This document shows, piece after piece, positions 18,577 through 26,514 of a DNA stretch of 30,334 bases (positions are counted from its first letter, which is position 1; each line of letters starts with the position of its first letter). The translations under genes were made by a program, and so were the position numbers. The stretch comes from a virus (taxonomy: Duplodnaviria > Caudoviricetes): IMG/VR virus record IMGVR_UViG_3300044512_000217, positions 1 through 30,334 of that record. One strand, 5' to 3'. The notes beneath the pieces were generated by a model. That model was not told the DNA's origin. It ran no database searches and saw only the letters and a program-made list of their open reading frames with translations.

Positions 18577-19533
18577 ATGGCAGGTATTAATCTAGAAGGT
18601 CGGGCAAAACTCGTTGTAGAAGAAGAACGAATCAGAGTTGTTAAGACCTTAGGGGATATCCTCAGAGGTGCGGCTATGGAAGACATGGCTAGACAGTCTG
18701 CCGAAGAAGTTAAACAGATTCGTGAAGAAATGGGTATTACCCAATCTCTTGGTGCTGAACCACGTATGGTTGATGTGACAGACACAGAGATGGGCAAGTT
18801 GTCTAGTCCTGAGCCTTTGTTTGAGATGGCTGAACAGATAAGAGAACCATCCTTCGAACAGACAGAGATGTCAGACCCTCGTCGTGCTACAAGCCCACGT
18901 CCAGTATTACGTCCAGAGTCTATGGAAACACCTACTCAACAGGTTTCAGATGGTGCTAAGGGCTTACTTGATTTTATAGGAGAGGGTGAGGGTGGTTATG
19001 ATTCCGCTAACAGAGGAACGGACTCTAAAGGGGACATTGTAGGTAGCCAGCTAGTAGCAGAAAGAAACGGTAAAAAAGTTTCTGAAATGACTATCAAAGA
19101 GATAAGAGAATACCAACAAATAACTGACCCTAATAATGAAAACAGACTATTTACAGTAGGTAAATACCAAACAGTTCCTGAAACTTTTGAACAAGCTGTA
19201 GATGCTTTAGACCTTTCACCAGATACAGTGTTTTCACCTGAAGTTCAAGACCAAGTAGGTCTGTTTTTAGTTGGTCAGAAAAGACCCAGATTAGGTAAGT
19301 TTTTACAGGGTGATGAAAGTATTTCTGTAGAACGTGCTATGTTATCTCTAGCTATGGAGTTTGCGTCTATCCCTGTTCCGTATGATATATCTAAAGGATC
19401 GTTTGGCAGTTGGCCTAAGACAGACCTTGTTGCAGGGGATTCTTTTTATAAGCAACCTAGTGCTGCAAAAGGTAACAAGGCTCTACACACAGTAGAAGAA
19501 ACAAAAGAAAAACTTAATAGTGCAAGACAATGA
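18577..19533 (+). CDS. Lambda R-type lysozyme/lytic transglycosylase with long N-terminal extension
   Basis: LLDFIGEGEGGY (catalytic E), VGKYQ, FSPEVQD and EFASIP motifs. Start reassigned to ATG 18577, just after the upstream stop. Confidence 0.8.
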   Translation: MAGINLEGRAKLVVEEERIRVVKTLGDILRGAAMEDMARQSAEEVKQIREEMGITQSLGAEPRMVDVTDTEMGKLSSPEPLFEMAEQIREPSFEQTEMSDPRRATSPRPVLRPESMETPTQQVSDGAKGLLDFIGEGEGGYDSANRGTDSKGDIVGSQLVAERNGKKVSEMTIKEIREYQQITDPNNENRLFTVGKYQTVPETFEQAVDALDLSPDTVFSPEVQDQVGLFLVGQKRPRLGKFLQGDESISVERAMLSLAMEFASIPVPYDISKGSFGSWPKTDLVAGDSFYKQPSAAKGNKALHTVEETKEKLNSARQ

Positions 19534-19895
19534 GATTATTTTTACCTCTAACCCTAACATTATTCTTAAGTAGCTGCGGTGTCCTTAGTGGTGCCGCATC
19601 ACTCTTAGGTGGAGGTAGTAAGGGGCCAACAGTAAATGCTAACGTACAGGCAGGGGCTGAGAATAATCAATCTGTTATTGATCAAAGTTCTGATATCTCA
19701 GGCGAGAATGTAACTGTAGATAAATCTGAGGGTGCTTTCACAGTAGGAGGTGCCGTAGAATCCGTTAAGGTTATGAACCAAGATATACCTACATGGGTTA
19801 TAATCCTGCTAATCTTAGGCTGGATGCTACCTTCCCCGAATGAAATCTGGAGGGGTTTCTTAAAGACTATAACACTAGGACGGTACCGTGGCTAA
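19530..19895 (+). CDS. Unimolecular spanin (lipoprotein with C-terminal transmembrane helix)
   Basis: Signal peptide with lipobox LSSC, beta-rich middle, C-terminal TM WVIILLILGWML; follows the lysozyme with an ATGA overlap. Confidence 0.75.
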   Translation: MRLFLPLTLTLFLSSCGVLSGAASLLGGGSKGPTVNANVQAGAENNQSVIDQSSDISGENVTVDKSEGAFTVGGAVESVKVMNQDIPTWVIILLILGWMLPSPNEIWRGFLKTITLGRYRG

Positions 19896-20133
19896 ACGTG
19901 CAGACAAATCAAGAATGAAATGCAACTCACCTCAACGTACCTCAGGGGGTTCGAAGAAGTTTGTTGTCAAAGCCTGTAAGGATGGCAAGGAAAAGATCAT
20001 TCGTTTCGGTGATCCTAACATGACTATCAAGAAGTCAAATCCAAAACGTCGAAAGTCGTTTCGTGCAAGACATAAGTGTGACACAGCCAAGGATAAGTTC
20101 ACGGCTCGTTACTGGTCATGTAAGAAATGGTGA
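19888..20133 (+). CDS. Small basic Cys-containing phage protein
   Basis: IRFGDPNM...RRKSFRARHKC...ARYWSC motif; K/R-rich. Confidence 0.8.
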   Translation: MAKRADKSRMKCNSPQRTSGGSKKFVVKACKDGKEKIIRFGDPNMTIKKSNPKRRKSFRARHKCDTAKDKFTARYWSCKKW

Positions 20134-20369
20134 TCGAAATGATGGAGACTGTTGATTTGGTTATGCAGTGGCTTGTTGCCCCTATTGCACTTGTTGTCTG
20201 GTATCTGTTTAACATGGTAAACAAAAACAACACGGATGTTGCTGTCCTAAAGGCACAGCTAGACTCCTCTAAAGTATCTCACGACAGAGAGATGAAAGAG
20301 ATGAAAGAAACTATCAAGGCTATCTTTAATAAGCTAGACAGTATAGAGCAATCGTTAAGGGACCGTTAG
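20127..20369 (+). CDS. Single-TM coiled-coil membrane protein (holin/antiholin candidate)
   Basis: WLVAPIALVVWYLF transmembrane segment followed by a coiled coil; exact start uncertain. Confidence 0.6.
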   Translation: MVIEMMETVDLVMQWLVAPIALVVWYLFNMVNKNNTDVAVLKAQLDSSKVSHDREMKEMKETIKAIFNKLDSIEQSLRDR

Positions 20370-20370
20370 T

Positions 20371-20511
20371 ATGGAGAGTAAAGCATTAGCTGGAATACTA
20401 ATGGCTGCTGTCATAGGGCTTATCGGCTGGAATATAAAGACTACCCACGATTTGACCCTTCAAGTACAGAAGTTGGAGATCATCCTACTGAATGATGCTT
20501 TCGCAAAGTGA
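20371..20511 (+). CDS. 46-aa membrane protein (MESKALAGILMAAVIGLIGWNIK...)
   Basis: Translated by hand; AAGGGA RBS; fills the intergenic gap; one transmembrane segment. Confidence 0.65.
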   Translation: MESKALAGILMAAVIGLIGWNIKTTHDLTLQVQKLEIILLNDAFAK

Positions 20512-20518
20512 TTAAGAT

Positions 20519-20986
20519 ATGCCTATCCTAGAAACCATTGCTGCTGCTAACGCTGCGTACAGTGTGATACGTAAGTGCCTAGAGAACGGCAGGGAAGTAA
20601 AGGATATGGTAGGTCAGGTGGGTAAGTTCCTGACCGCTGAGGAAGAACTACAAGAGGCTGTCAAAAAGAAAAAGAATAACCCTATTACAGCTATAACAGG
20701 TGGTCAGGAAGGGGACTGGGAAGAGTTCCAAGCACTTGAACGCATCAGAGAACAACGTCGTGAATTGGAGTCTTGGTGCAGACTCTATGCTCCCGCTGGA
20801 ACTTGGGCGAGGTGGCAAAGCTATCAGGTCGAAGCTCGTAAGAGAAGACAGGAAGCTAAGAAAGCAGCACAGAAAGCCTACGAGAAGAGAATGGAACAGA
20901 TACAGATAGCATCTGGTATACTCTTAGCAGTCACAGTATGTGTCCTTGGAGTATACTACCTAGGTGTCTATCTGGAAAGGTGGTAA
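20519..20986 (+). CDS. Hypothetical protein with C-terminal transmembrane helix
   Basis: 155 aa: amphipathic N-terminus, coiled coil, C-terminal hydrophobic segment. Confidence 0.75.
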   Translation: MPILETIAAANAAYSVIRKCLENGREVKDMVGQVGKFLTAEEELQEAVKKKKNNPITAITGGQEGDWEEFQALERIREQRRELESWCRLYAPAGTWARWQSYQVEARKRRQEAKKAAQKAYEKRMEQIQIASGILLAVTVCVLGVYYLGVYLERW

Positions 20987-21133
20987 ATGCCAGTATATAA
21001 AGTGAAAGGTGGGTACCGTTGGGGTAAGACAGGCAAAGTCTATAGAACCAAGGCCGAAGCAGAGAAACAAGGACGTGCTGTATATGCTTCGGGCTACAGG
21101 AAAAGAGGGGCAAAGAGAAAGAAGGATGGCTAA
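20987..21133 (+). CDS. 48-aa basic protein (MPVYKVKGGYRWGKTGKVYRTKAEAEKQGRAVYASGYRKRGAKRKKDG)
   Basis: Translated by hand; ATG directly follows the upstream TAA; AAGGTGG RBS. Confidence 0.75.
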   Translation: MPVYKVKGGYRWGKTGKVYRTKAEAEKQGRAVYASGYRKRGAKRKKDG

Positions 21134-21284
21134 GAAACCTAAACGTGATGCATGTTACAAGAAAGTAAAAGCTAGATACACACGCAATGGTGGTACTTGG
21201 CCTTCAGCCTACGCCAGTGGTGCTCTTGTTCAGTGTCGTAAAGTCGGTGCTAAGAATTGGGGCAATAAGAGTAAGAAGAAATAA
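21126..21284 (+). CDS. 52-aa basic protein with WPSAYASGALVQCRK motif
   Basis: Start reassigned to ATG 21126 (MAKKPKRDACYKKVK). Confidence 0.75.
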   Translation: MAKKPKRDACYKKVKARYTRNGGTWPSAYASGALVQCRKVGAKNWGNKSKKK

Positions 21285-21285
21285 A

Positions 21286-21486
21286 ATGGCTAAGACTAAA
21301 AATTCTCTAAGGACTTGGTTCTCTCAGAACAAAGGCACAGGGTGGGTCAACTGTAAGACAGGTGGGCCTTGTGGTCGTAAAGACAGAACTAAGGGTGCCT
21401 ACCCTGCCTGTCGCCCTACAATGGCTCAGTGTAAGAAGGGGCCAATGAAACGGAAGACAAGCAAGAAAAGGGTAAGCTGGAAGTAA
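21286..21486 (+). CDS. 66-aa basic Cys-rich protein (WVNCKTGGPCGRK...YPACRP)
   Basis: Start reassigned to ATG 21286, one base after the upstream stop. Confidence 0.75.
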   Translation: MAKTKNSLRTWFSQNKGTGWVNCKTGGPCGRKDRTKGAYPACRPTMAQCKKGPMKRKTSKKRVSWK

Positions 21487-21681
21487 TTAAGCAGGTTGTC
21501 GTTTCTCCCAAGTGGCACACTGATAATCTACCACAACGAAACCAGCAGATTCAAATGCTTCAATACCACCCCCGATCTCAAACATACATTGTTCTTCTGT
21601 AGGTAAGATACTTCCAGTAGATTGAACTTTACACATGGACATATCCTGCATACAGACCAAGAGCAGAGGTGTGAACAACAT
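21487..21681 (-). CDS. Small protein with four Cys and hydrophobic N-terminus
   Basis: 64 aa; GAAGGA RBS; last gene of the - arm. Confidence 0.7.
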   Translation of the reverse strand: MLFTPLLLVCMQDMSMCKVQSTGSILPTEEQCMFEIGGGIEAFESAGFVVVDYQCATWEKRQPA

Positions 21682-21682
21682 T

Positions 21683-21937
21683 TTAATTTCCTTCCATTTC
21701 TTGGATTAGTTTATCTAGATACCATCTAGCTTTCTTCAAGTCTTCCACAGGTTTCCCTTTGTAACGATAACGATGCAGATACTTCTTGGTATTTCCTTCT
21801 AGATACCCTAGGTACATCATGGTATCCATGTTGTCCTTCATATAATCAATACACTCAATAGACCCATCTCCATAGTGAGGTGGGTTATTTATTAGGTCGG
21901 CCATCTCACTGTCAGTAAAGAACTCAACTTGGCTCAT
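21683..21937 (-). CDS. DUF3310 / T7 gp1.7-like putative nucleotide kinase
   Basis: NNPPHY...IECID...GN..KY..R...K....EDLKKARWYL signature. Confidence 0.85.
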   Translation of the reverse strand: MSQVEFFTDSEMADLINNPPHYGDGSIECIDYMKDNMDTMMYLGYLEGNTKKYLHRYRYKGKPVEDLKKARWYLDKLIQEMEGN

Positions 21938-22377
21938 GTGTTAATTAACTCCGCTTTTGTAAAGGGTACGTGAAAGAACAGTTCACCCTTCTTAATGTAA
22001 CGTCCCTTAGCTTCACGCAAGGAATCTTGTGTCAGTAGTGTGTCCTTGATGCGCCATGCTTGTTTCAAATCAGCACGGAAGACATAGAAGTTTAGGAAAC
22101 CATCTACCTGTTTGTCTAACAAACGTTGCTTACGTTCAGGTATACGAATCTCTTTCCAGTCTACAGGCCAGTCTGATTTCCAACCTGTCTTTACCTCAGC
22201 CTCATTGAAGTATGTATGACCATCCTTCTGACTGACAACATCAACACTGAAATTCTCTTCGTTGTTGACAATGGTATGTCCTTTAGACTCTAGAAACAGA
22301 ACTAAGGCTGTACGTGCAGGGCCATCATAGGCTTCATATAGAGCCTTGCTAAAGTTCTTACGTATCTTTGTCACCAA
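21934..22377 (-). CDS. Putative PD-(D/E)XK-fold nuclease-like protein
   Basis: VDVV...EAEVK motif spacing. Confidence 0.55.
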   Translation of the reverse strand: MVTKIRKNFSKALYEAYDGPARTALVLFLESKGHTIVNNEENFSVDVVSQKDGHTYFNEAEVKTGWKSDWPVDWKEIRIPERKQRLLDKQVDGFLNFYVFRADLKQAWRIKDTLLTQDSLREAKGRYIKKGELFFHVPFTKAELINT

Positions 22378-22591
22378 GGTATTCCTTTAATTCTGTGTAA
22401 CCACCAATATGTTTACCTGTGTATGTCCATATCTGTGGTACTGTCTTTATATCAGCCTTCTTGAACAAGTCAAGTATCCACTTGGACTCTTCAAGGGAGT
22501 AATGACTAACACTACCCCCTTTAGAGTTGATAAGCTGTTTAGCCTTGTCACAATAAGGACAGTTCCGTCTGCTTACCATTACGTACATCAT
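22358..22591 (-). CDS. grx: Glutaredoxin
   Basis: CPYC active site, TVPQI and IGGYTEL motifs; next to the RNR gene. Confidence 0.92.
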   Translation of the reverse strand: MMYVMVSRRNCPYCDKAKQLINSKGGSVSHYSLEESKWILDLFKKADIKTVPQIWTYTGKHIGGYTELKEYLGDKDT

Positions 22592-22650
22592 TATGTCAGC
22601 AACTGATGAATTGCTATGACTGTTGCAAATACTGCATATAACTCTAGCAT
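22591..22650 (-). CDS. 19-aa hydrophobic micro-peptide (MLELYAVFATVIAIHQLLT)
   Basis: AGGAGA RBS overlapping the nrdJ stop; its TAA overlaps the glutaredoxin ATG (TAATG). Confidence 0.6.
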   Translation of the reverse strand: MLELYAVFATVIAIHQLLT

Positions 22651-22658
22651 ATTGTCTC

Positions 22659-24560
22659 CTATGCGGTTAGGTCTACGATTTCACAGCTATCACCTGAACA
22701 GGCCATAGTCTGCATTCCGACGGTGTTATCAGACTCTTCATAGTTTGTCAAGAGGCTCCAGTCAATTTTTTCTGGCATATTCTTGGCTAACTCTTCATAC
22801 TCTGACTTGCCGATCTCTTGGTAGGGTGCCTGTTGGTACGTATGTTCGTTGTAAGGCAGGAAGGATACCCCTGACATTTCATCGAAGTGTTCGTACACGA
22901 AAGCACCTACCTCGAACCACTCATCCTTACGGACGTTGATAGTGACTGAGGGTTTGTGTTCACACCAGTGACGTTGGAACATCAACCATGTCTCTAACTG
23001 TTCAATGGCTGTCAGGTCTTCAGTGACAACAGCACCAGCAGGTGCCTTGACAGGAAACGAGAACACAGTTGTCTGGTCAGGCTTGAACACATCAGGTTCG
23101 TTAGGGATACCCTGATCAATCATGAACTGTGTCAAGGGGTCTTTGTTATCTCCTCTAACGGTTCTAATGTAGTAGTGACTATGTCGTGCGTGGATACCAG
23201 AGGCTGAGTCGACAAGCTGGGAGACTGTTCCGCTTGGCTTGACACATGTAATAGCAGCACTAGGGTTAATCCCAAGATCACCACTGAGCTTGTTATTAGT
23301 ATCCTCAGCAACCTGTCTAAGGTGTTCAAGAGTTTTAGGTAGGCCATGATTTTTACTCGTTAGTAGAGGGTTGTCCATTATCCCTGTGAGAGACACACCG
23401 AGCAGTCGTTCTGCTTCTGTATTGTTTGCCCACACCTTTCGCAGATATGGAAACTTTGTGTACGTTGACTGGATAGTTCCCAGAATAGTTGCCAACTTGA
23501 CTTTTCGTTCCAAATCATCGACAGTGTCCGTAGCACGGACGACAACCTCAGTGAGATTGCAGAATTGATATGGTCGAAGGATAATCTCTGAGCAAGGGTT
23601 AGTTCCGAACTCATGTTCAGGATCACGTCTGCCAAACTTCGCAGCCTGTTTCTTAGATGCTTCACGGTTAAATACTCCACGTTCACCAGAACCAGATTCC
23701 ACAAGAGACATCCATTCACGCATAAACGACAGACTGTCAGGTTTCTCTGTGTATGCTACACTGTTATTAGCCAAGGCACGTTGAGGGTTCTGTTCCCACC
23801 ACTGACCTGACTTAGCATGACGCATACGATCATCTGACAGGTTAGACAGAGAGATCATAGCTGAACGGCGTACACCACCTACAACAACAACCTCACCAAT
23901 CTTACACATCAAGTCGTGACATTCAATAGACGACAGCTTACGTCCCTGTGCATCCTTGAATACTTTGACAGCAAAGTTGAACAGGTCAACCAAAGGTGCA
24001 GGGCCAGAGGCACGTCCACCGAATGTCTTCAGACGTGCACCAGCAGGACGTACTTTAGATACGTTCCACTGAGGAATCTCACCTGCCCATAGCAATGCTA
24101 GTAGTTGACGGAACGCCTTAGCCCAACCCTCTTTACTATCCTTGACAATGATTGTTGTCTCACTCTCGAACAGTTCAGGTACCTCAGGTAACTTCTGAAT
24201 GTACTGACGTTCGACAGAGAACCCGACACCTGTACCACACAACAGAATGAACATAGCCTCGTCGAATGATTTAGGATCATCGACAGGTAGGTATGAACAG
24301 TTGTACCCTGCTGTGTTGTCACGTTCCAAGGCAGGGCCAGCTGTCATCATAGCTCTCATAGAGGGCATGACTTCTAAGTTCAGGATAGCTTCTTCTAGTT
24401 GATTGACGTAACTGTCATCACCCAACACAGGACGTACCACATTATCCATGTAGCGTCCAACAGTCTCTGGCCATGACTCACGTCCCTTACCATCCACGTA
24501 ACGTGCGTAACGTGATGTGTGAATAAAGGACTGGTAGTCTGTTGGTAAATAGTTATTCAT
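22659..24560 (-). CDS. nrdJ: Class II adenosylcobalamin-dependent ribonucleotide reductase (monomeric type)
   Basis: GYNC, GGVRRSA, TNPCSEI, CNLTEV, TCVKPSGT and C-terminal CSGDSC motifs; no beta-subunit gene adjacent. Confidence 0.92.
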   Translation of the reverse strand: MNNYLPTDYQSFIHTSRYARYVDGKGRESWPETVGRYMDNVVRPVLGDDSYVNQLEEAILNLEVMPSMRAMMTAGPALERDNTAGYNCSYLPVDDPKSFDEAMFILLCGTGVGFSVERQYIQKLPEVPELFESETTIIVKDSKEGWAKAFRQLLALLWAGEIPQWNVSKVRPAGARLKTFGGRASGPAPLVDLFNFAVKVFKDAQGRKLSSIECHDLMCKIGEVVVVGGVRRSAMISLSNLSDDRMRHAKSGQWWEQNPQRALANNSVAYTEKPDSLSFMREWMSLVESGSGERGVFNREASKKQAAKFGRRDPEHEFGTNPCSEIILRPYQFCNLTEVVVRATDTVDDLERKVKLATILGTIQSTYTKFPYLRKVWANNTEAERLLGVSLTGIMDNPLLTSKNHGLPKTLEHLRQVAEDTNNKLSGDLGINPSAAITCVKPSGTVSQLVDSASGIHARHSHYYIRTVRGDNKDPLTQFMIDQGIPNEPDVFKPDQTTVFSFPVKAPAGAVVTEDLTAIEQLETWLMFQRHWCEHKPSVTINVRKDEWFEVGAFVYEHFDEMSGVSFLPYNEHTYQQAPYQEIGKSEYEELAKNMPEKIDWSLLTNYEESDNTVGMQTMACSGDSCEIVDLTA

Positions 24561-24705
24561 CTGTTTTTCCTTTTTCCAGTTCTTCGATGCGTTCCAGTAG
24601 TTTCTCTACATCTTCATAACGACACCAAGGCCCATCCTTGTCCTCTCTACGGACATTTCGGGACCATTCACTTTCTTTCGTAAAGTAAAAACGCCTAATC
24701 TTCAT
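24553..24705 (-). CDS. 50-aa hypothetical protein (MKIRRFYFTKESEW...DGPWCRYEDVEKLLERIEELEKGKTDE)
   Basis: Translated by hand; ATGA overlap with the mazG stop and 8-nt overlap with the nrdJ start; GGGAG RBS. Confidence 0.7.
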   Translation of the reverse strand: MKIRRFYFTKESEWSRNVRREDKDGPWCRYEDVEKLLERIEELEKGKTDE

Positions 24706-25064
24706 CGTGTATCTCCCTCTCCTGCGATCTTACCACGACGTTGACGATCACGTAGTTTCTTTAGGTTGTTGATTGCAACGTCCTGCATATCAACATTCAA
24801 GTCACGACACAATGCGGCAATGTACCACAGACAATCACCAACTTCATCAGCGATAGCTTCACGACTGAAGACACCATCACGCATGATCTTCTTTACTTTG
24901 TTTGCAACTTCACCAGCTTCCGCTGCAAGCCCCAACGCAGGGTAGATAATAGAGTGTTCCTGTTTGTAGATAGCTGTCTTCGATGCCATCTGTGCGTACT
25001 CGTTCATACTAATGAACGGTTCGCTGTAGTATTCCCACGCTTCTAAGTCTGTTTCATTAATCAT
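24702..25064 (-). CDS. mazG: MazG-like nucleotide pyrophosphohydrolase
   Basis: LGLAAEAGEVANKVKK...DEVGDCLWY...NLKKL..R motifs; start at ATG 25064 (ATGA overlap). Confidence 0.88.
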   Translation of the reverse strand: MINETDLEAWEYYSEPFISMNEYAQMASKTAIYKQEHSIIYPALGLAAEAGEVANKVKKIMRDGVFSREAIADEVGDCLWYIAALCRDLNVDMQDVAINNLKKLRDRQRRGKIAGEGDTR

Positions 25065-25246
25065 TGTTCCCAACTTTCTATCTCTTCTTCTTCGTTACTC
25101 GTATCAATGAAGTCATCAAGGTCAAGCAAACCTTCTTCATGTAGCATCTTGAACACATGATACTTCGTAATGTCTGCGTTTTCTAACACGTAGTCTGTGT
25201 CGAAGTCTTCGGCCAGAACTGTTAGTTTATCCTCTATAGTCAGCAT
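25061..25246 (-). CDS. Acidic hypothetical protein
   Basis: AAGGAG RBS before MLTIEDK; 61 aa, D/E-rich. Confidence 0.7.
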   Translation of the reverse strand: MLTIEDKLTVLAEDFDTDYVLENADITKYHVFKMLHEEGLLDLDDFIDTSNEEEEIESWEQ

Positions 25247-25248
25247 TG

Positions 25249-25614
25249 TCAAGACCTTTTCTCCTTGATCCATGAGAAAGGAATAGTTTCCTTAGCGTAC
25301 TGGAAGCCATGTTTCTCACACCAGTCTGCATAACTTGTTTTAGAACCCTTTAATAACTTGGCGTTAGGATTGCTGAATACAAATCTGATATCATACTCAG
25401 GGTGTTGCTCTTTTACCTTTAAATGTTTCATTCTATCTGACGGAAGGAACCGCCCCTTAGTTTCTATTATGATACCGTTAGGTAAGACGAAGTCTGGTGT
25501 GTACGTCTTGACTGCGGGTTGCCACGGAATCTTCAGTGTCTCGTACTTGAACTTTACCTTGTGTTTCTGTAGAAACTTAGCTGTACGTTTCTCTAAGCCT
25601 GATCTGTAACGCAC
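25249..25614 (-). CDS. Endonuclease I (T7 gp3-like Holliday junction resolvase)
   Basis: YRSGLE, YTPDF, IETKG, DIRFVF and YADWC..HGF motifs; probable GTG start at 25614. Confidence 0.92.
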   Translation of the reverse strand: MRYRSGLEKRTAKFLQKHKVKFKYETLKIPWQPAVKTYTPDFVLPNGIIIETKGRFLPSDRMKHLKVKEQHPEYDIRFVFSNPNAKLLKGSKTSYADWCEKHGFQYAKETIPFSWIKEKRS

Positions 25615-26327
25615 TGTGGTGGCTCCCATAGTTGGTTAGGGTAACGACGTAACCAGAGTAGTCTGGCATTCTCAATGACACGATCCTCTTCACCACCGTA
25701 CTGGTGGAGACACTCAAGGTAATAGTCCGACTCTGTTACACAGTCAGCTACCATCTTCTCTGCCTTAGCAGGACCAACACCATACAAGCCTACAATATTA
25801 TCTGCACGGTCACCTGTCAGTATCTGCTTGTAGAAGAACTTCATACCATCTTCCTCTGACACAACCTTGTGTTCACTTTTAGTTGGGTTGTAGTGACGAC
25901 AAGGAATCTGTAACATGTCTTTGTCAACTGTGACAACGATAGCTTCAGGTCCGATCTCTGTTGCAGCTATGGCAATCAAGTCATCAGCTTCTTCACCCTT
26001 AGACACAACAGCTTCCCATGCTTTGATCATGTGTTTACGGATAGCTTCTAGGTGCTGAGGTTTCTCGACATCTTTGCGGTTACCCTTGTATGGGTGTGTG
26101 ATAGCTAGGTCATAACGGAAGTTACCCTTGCCAGTAAGGAACACTTCGTAGTCTTCTACATCGTACTCCAAGACACACGAATAGATTGACCACTGTATCA
26201 AGTCGTCAACCTTATCCAATGCATCCTCAACGTCCTGATCCTCGCAAGAGAACGCAGCACGGTAAGCAAAGATGTCACCATCAATGAGAATCTTAGGCTT
26301 TGTTAGCTTCTTCTTTTTCTCTGGCAC
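25593..26327 (-). CDS. 5'-3' exonuclease (T7 gp6-like)
   Basis: LIDGD, YKGNR, EADD, DKDM, GDRADNI.G..GVG motifs. Confidence 0.92.
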   Translation of the reverse strand: MPEKKKKLTKPKILIDGDIFAYRAAFSCEDQDVEDALDKVDDLIQWSIYSCVLEYDVEDYEVFLTGKGNFRYDLAITHPYKGNRKDVEKPQHLEAIRKHMIKAWEAVVSKGEEADDLIAIAATEIGPEAIVVTVDKDMLQIPCRHYNPTKSEHKVVSEEDGMKFFYKQILTGDRADNIVGLYGVGPAKAEKMVADCVTESDYYLECLHQYGGEEDRVIENARLLWLRRYPNQLWEPPQCVTDQA

Positions 26328-26514
26328 GTTGACGTTCCTCTTCTGTCATAGGTGTTATATTAGTTCGGTCTAACTCAACTTCAATACCCTTGCGTAACAT
26401 TTCTACAAAACCAAAATTAAAAATAGCAGCGAAGGTTGCATCATCCATGTCTAGCTTGACAAGTGCTGATCCGTCTTCACGTTCTTCTAAGGCTATAACT
26501 TTTATCTCACTCAT
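26293..26514 (-). CDS. Hypothetical protein
   Basis: MSEIKV start overlaps the thyX stop (ATGA); E.EDGSA motif. Confidence 0.7.
   Translation of the reverse strand: MSEIKVIALEEREDGSALVKLDMDDATFAAIFNFGFVEMLRKGIEVELDRTNITPMTEEERQRAREKEEANKA

Noticed and set aside
21009-21125. N-terminal part of the 91-aa ORF in the track
   Set aside because: The region is better explained by the 48-aa ORF at 20987-21133 in another frame.
22659-24560. Intein or intron in nrdJ (also checked terL and polA)
   Set aside because: Lengths are normal and there are no C..HN splice motifs or intervening sequence.
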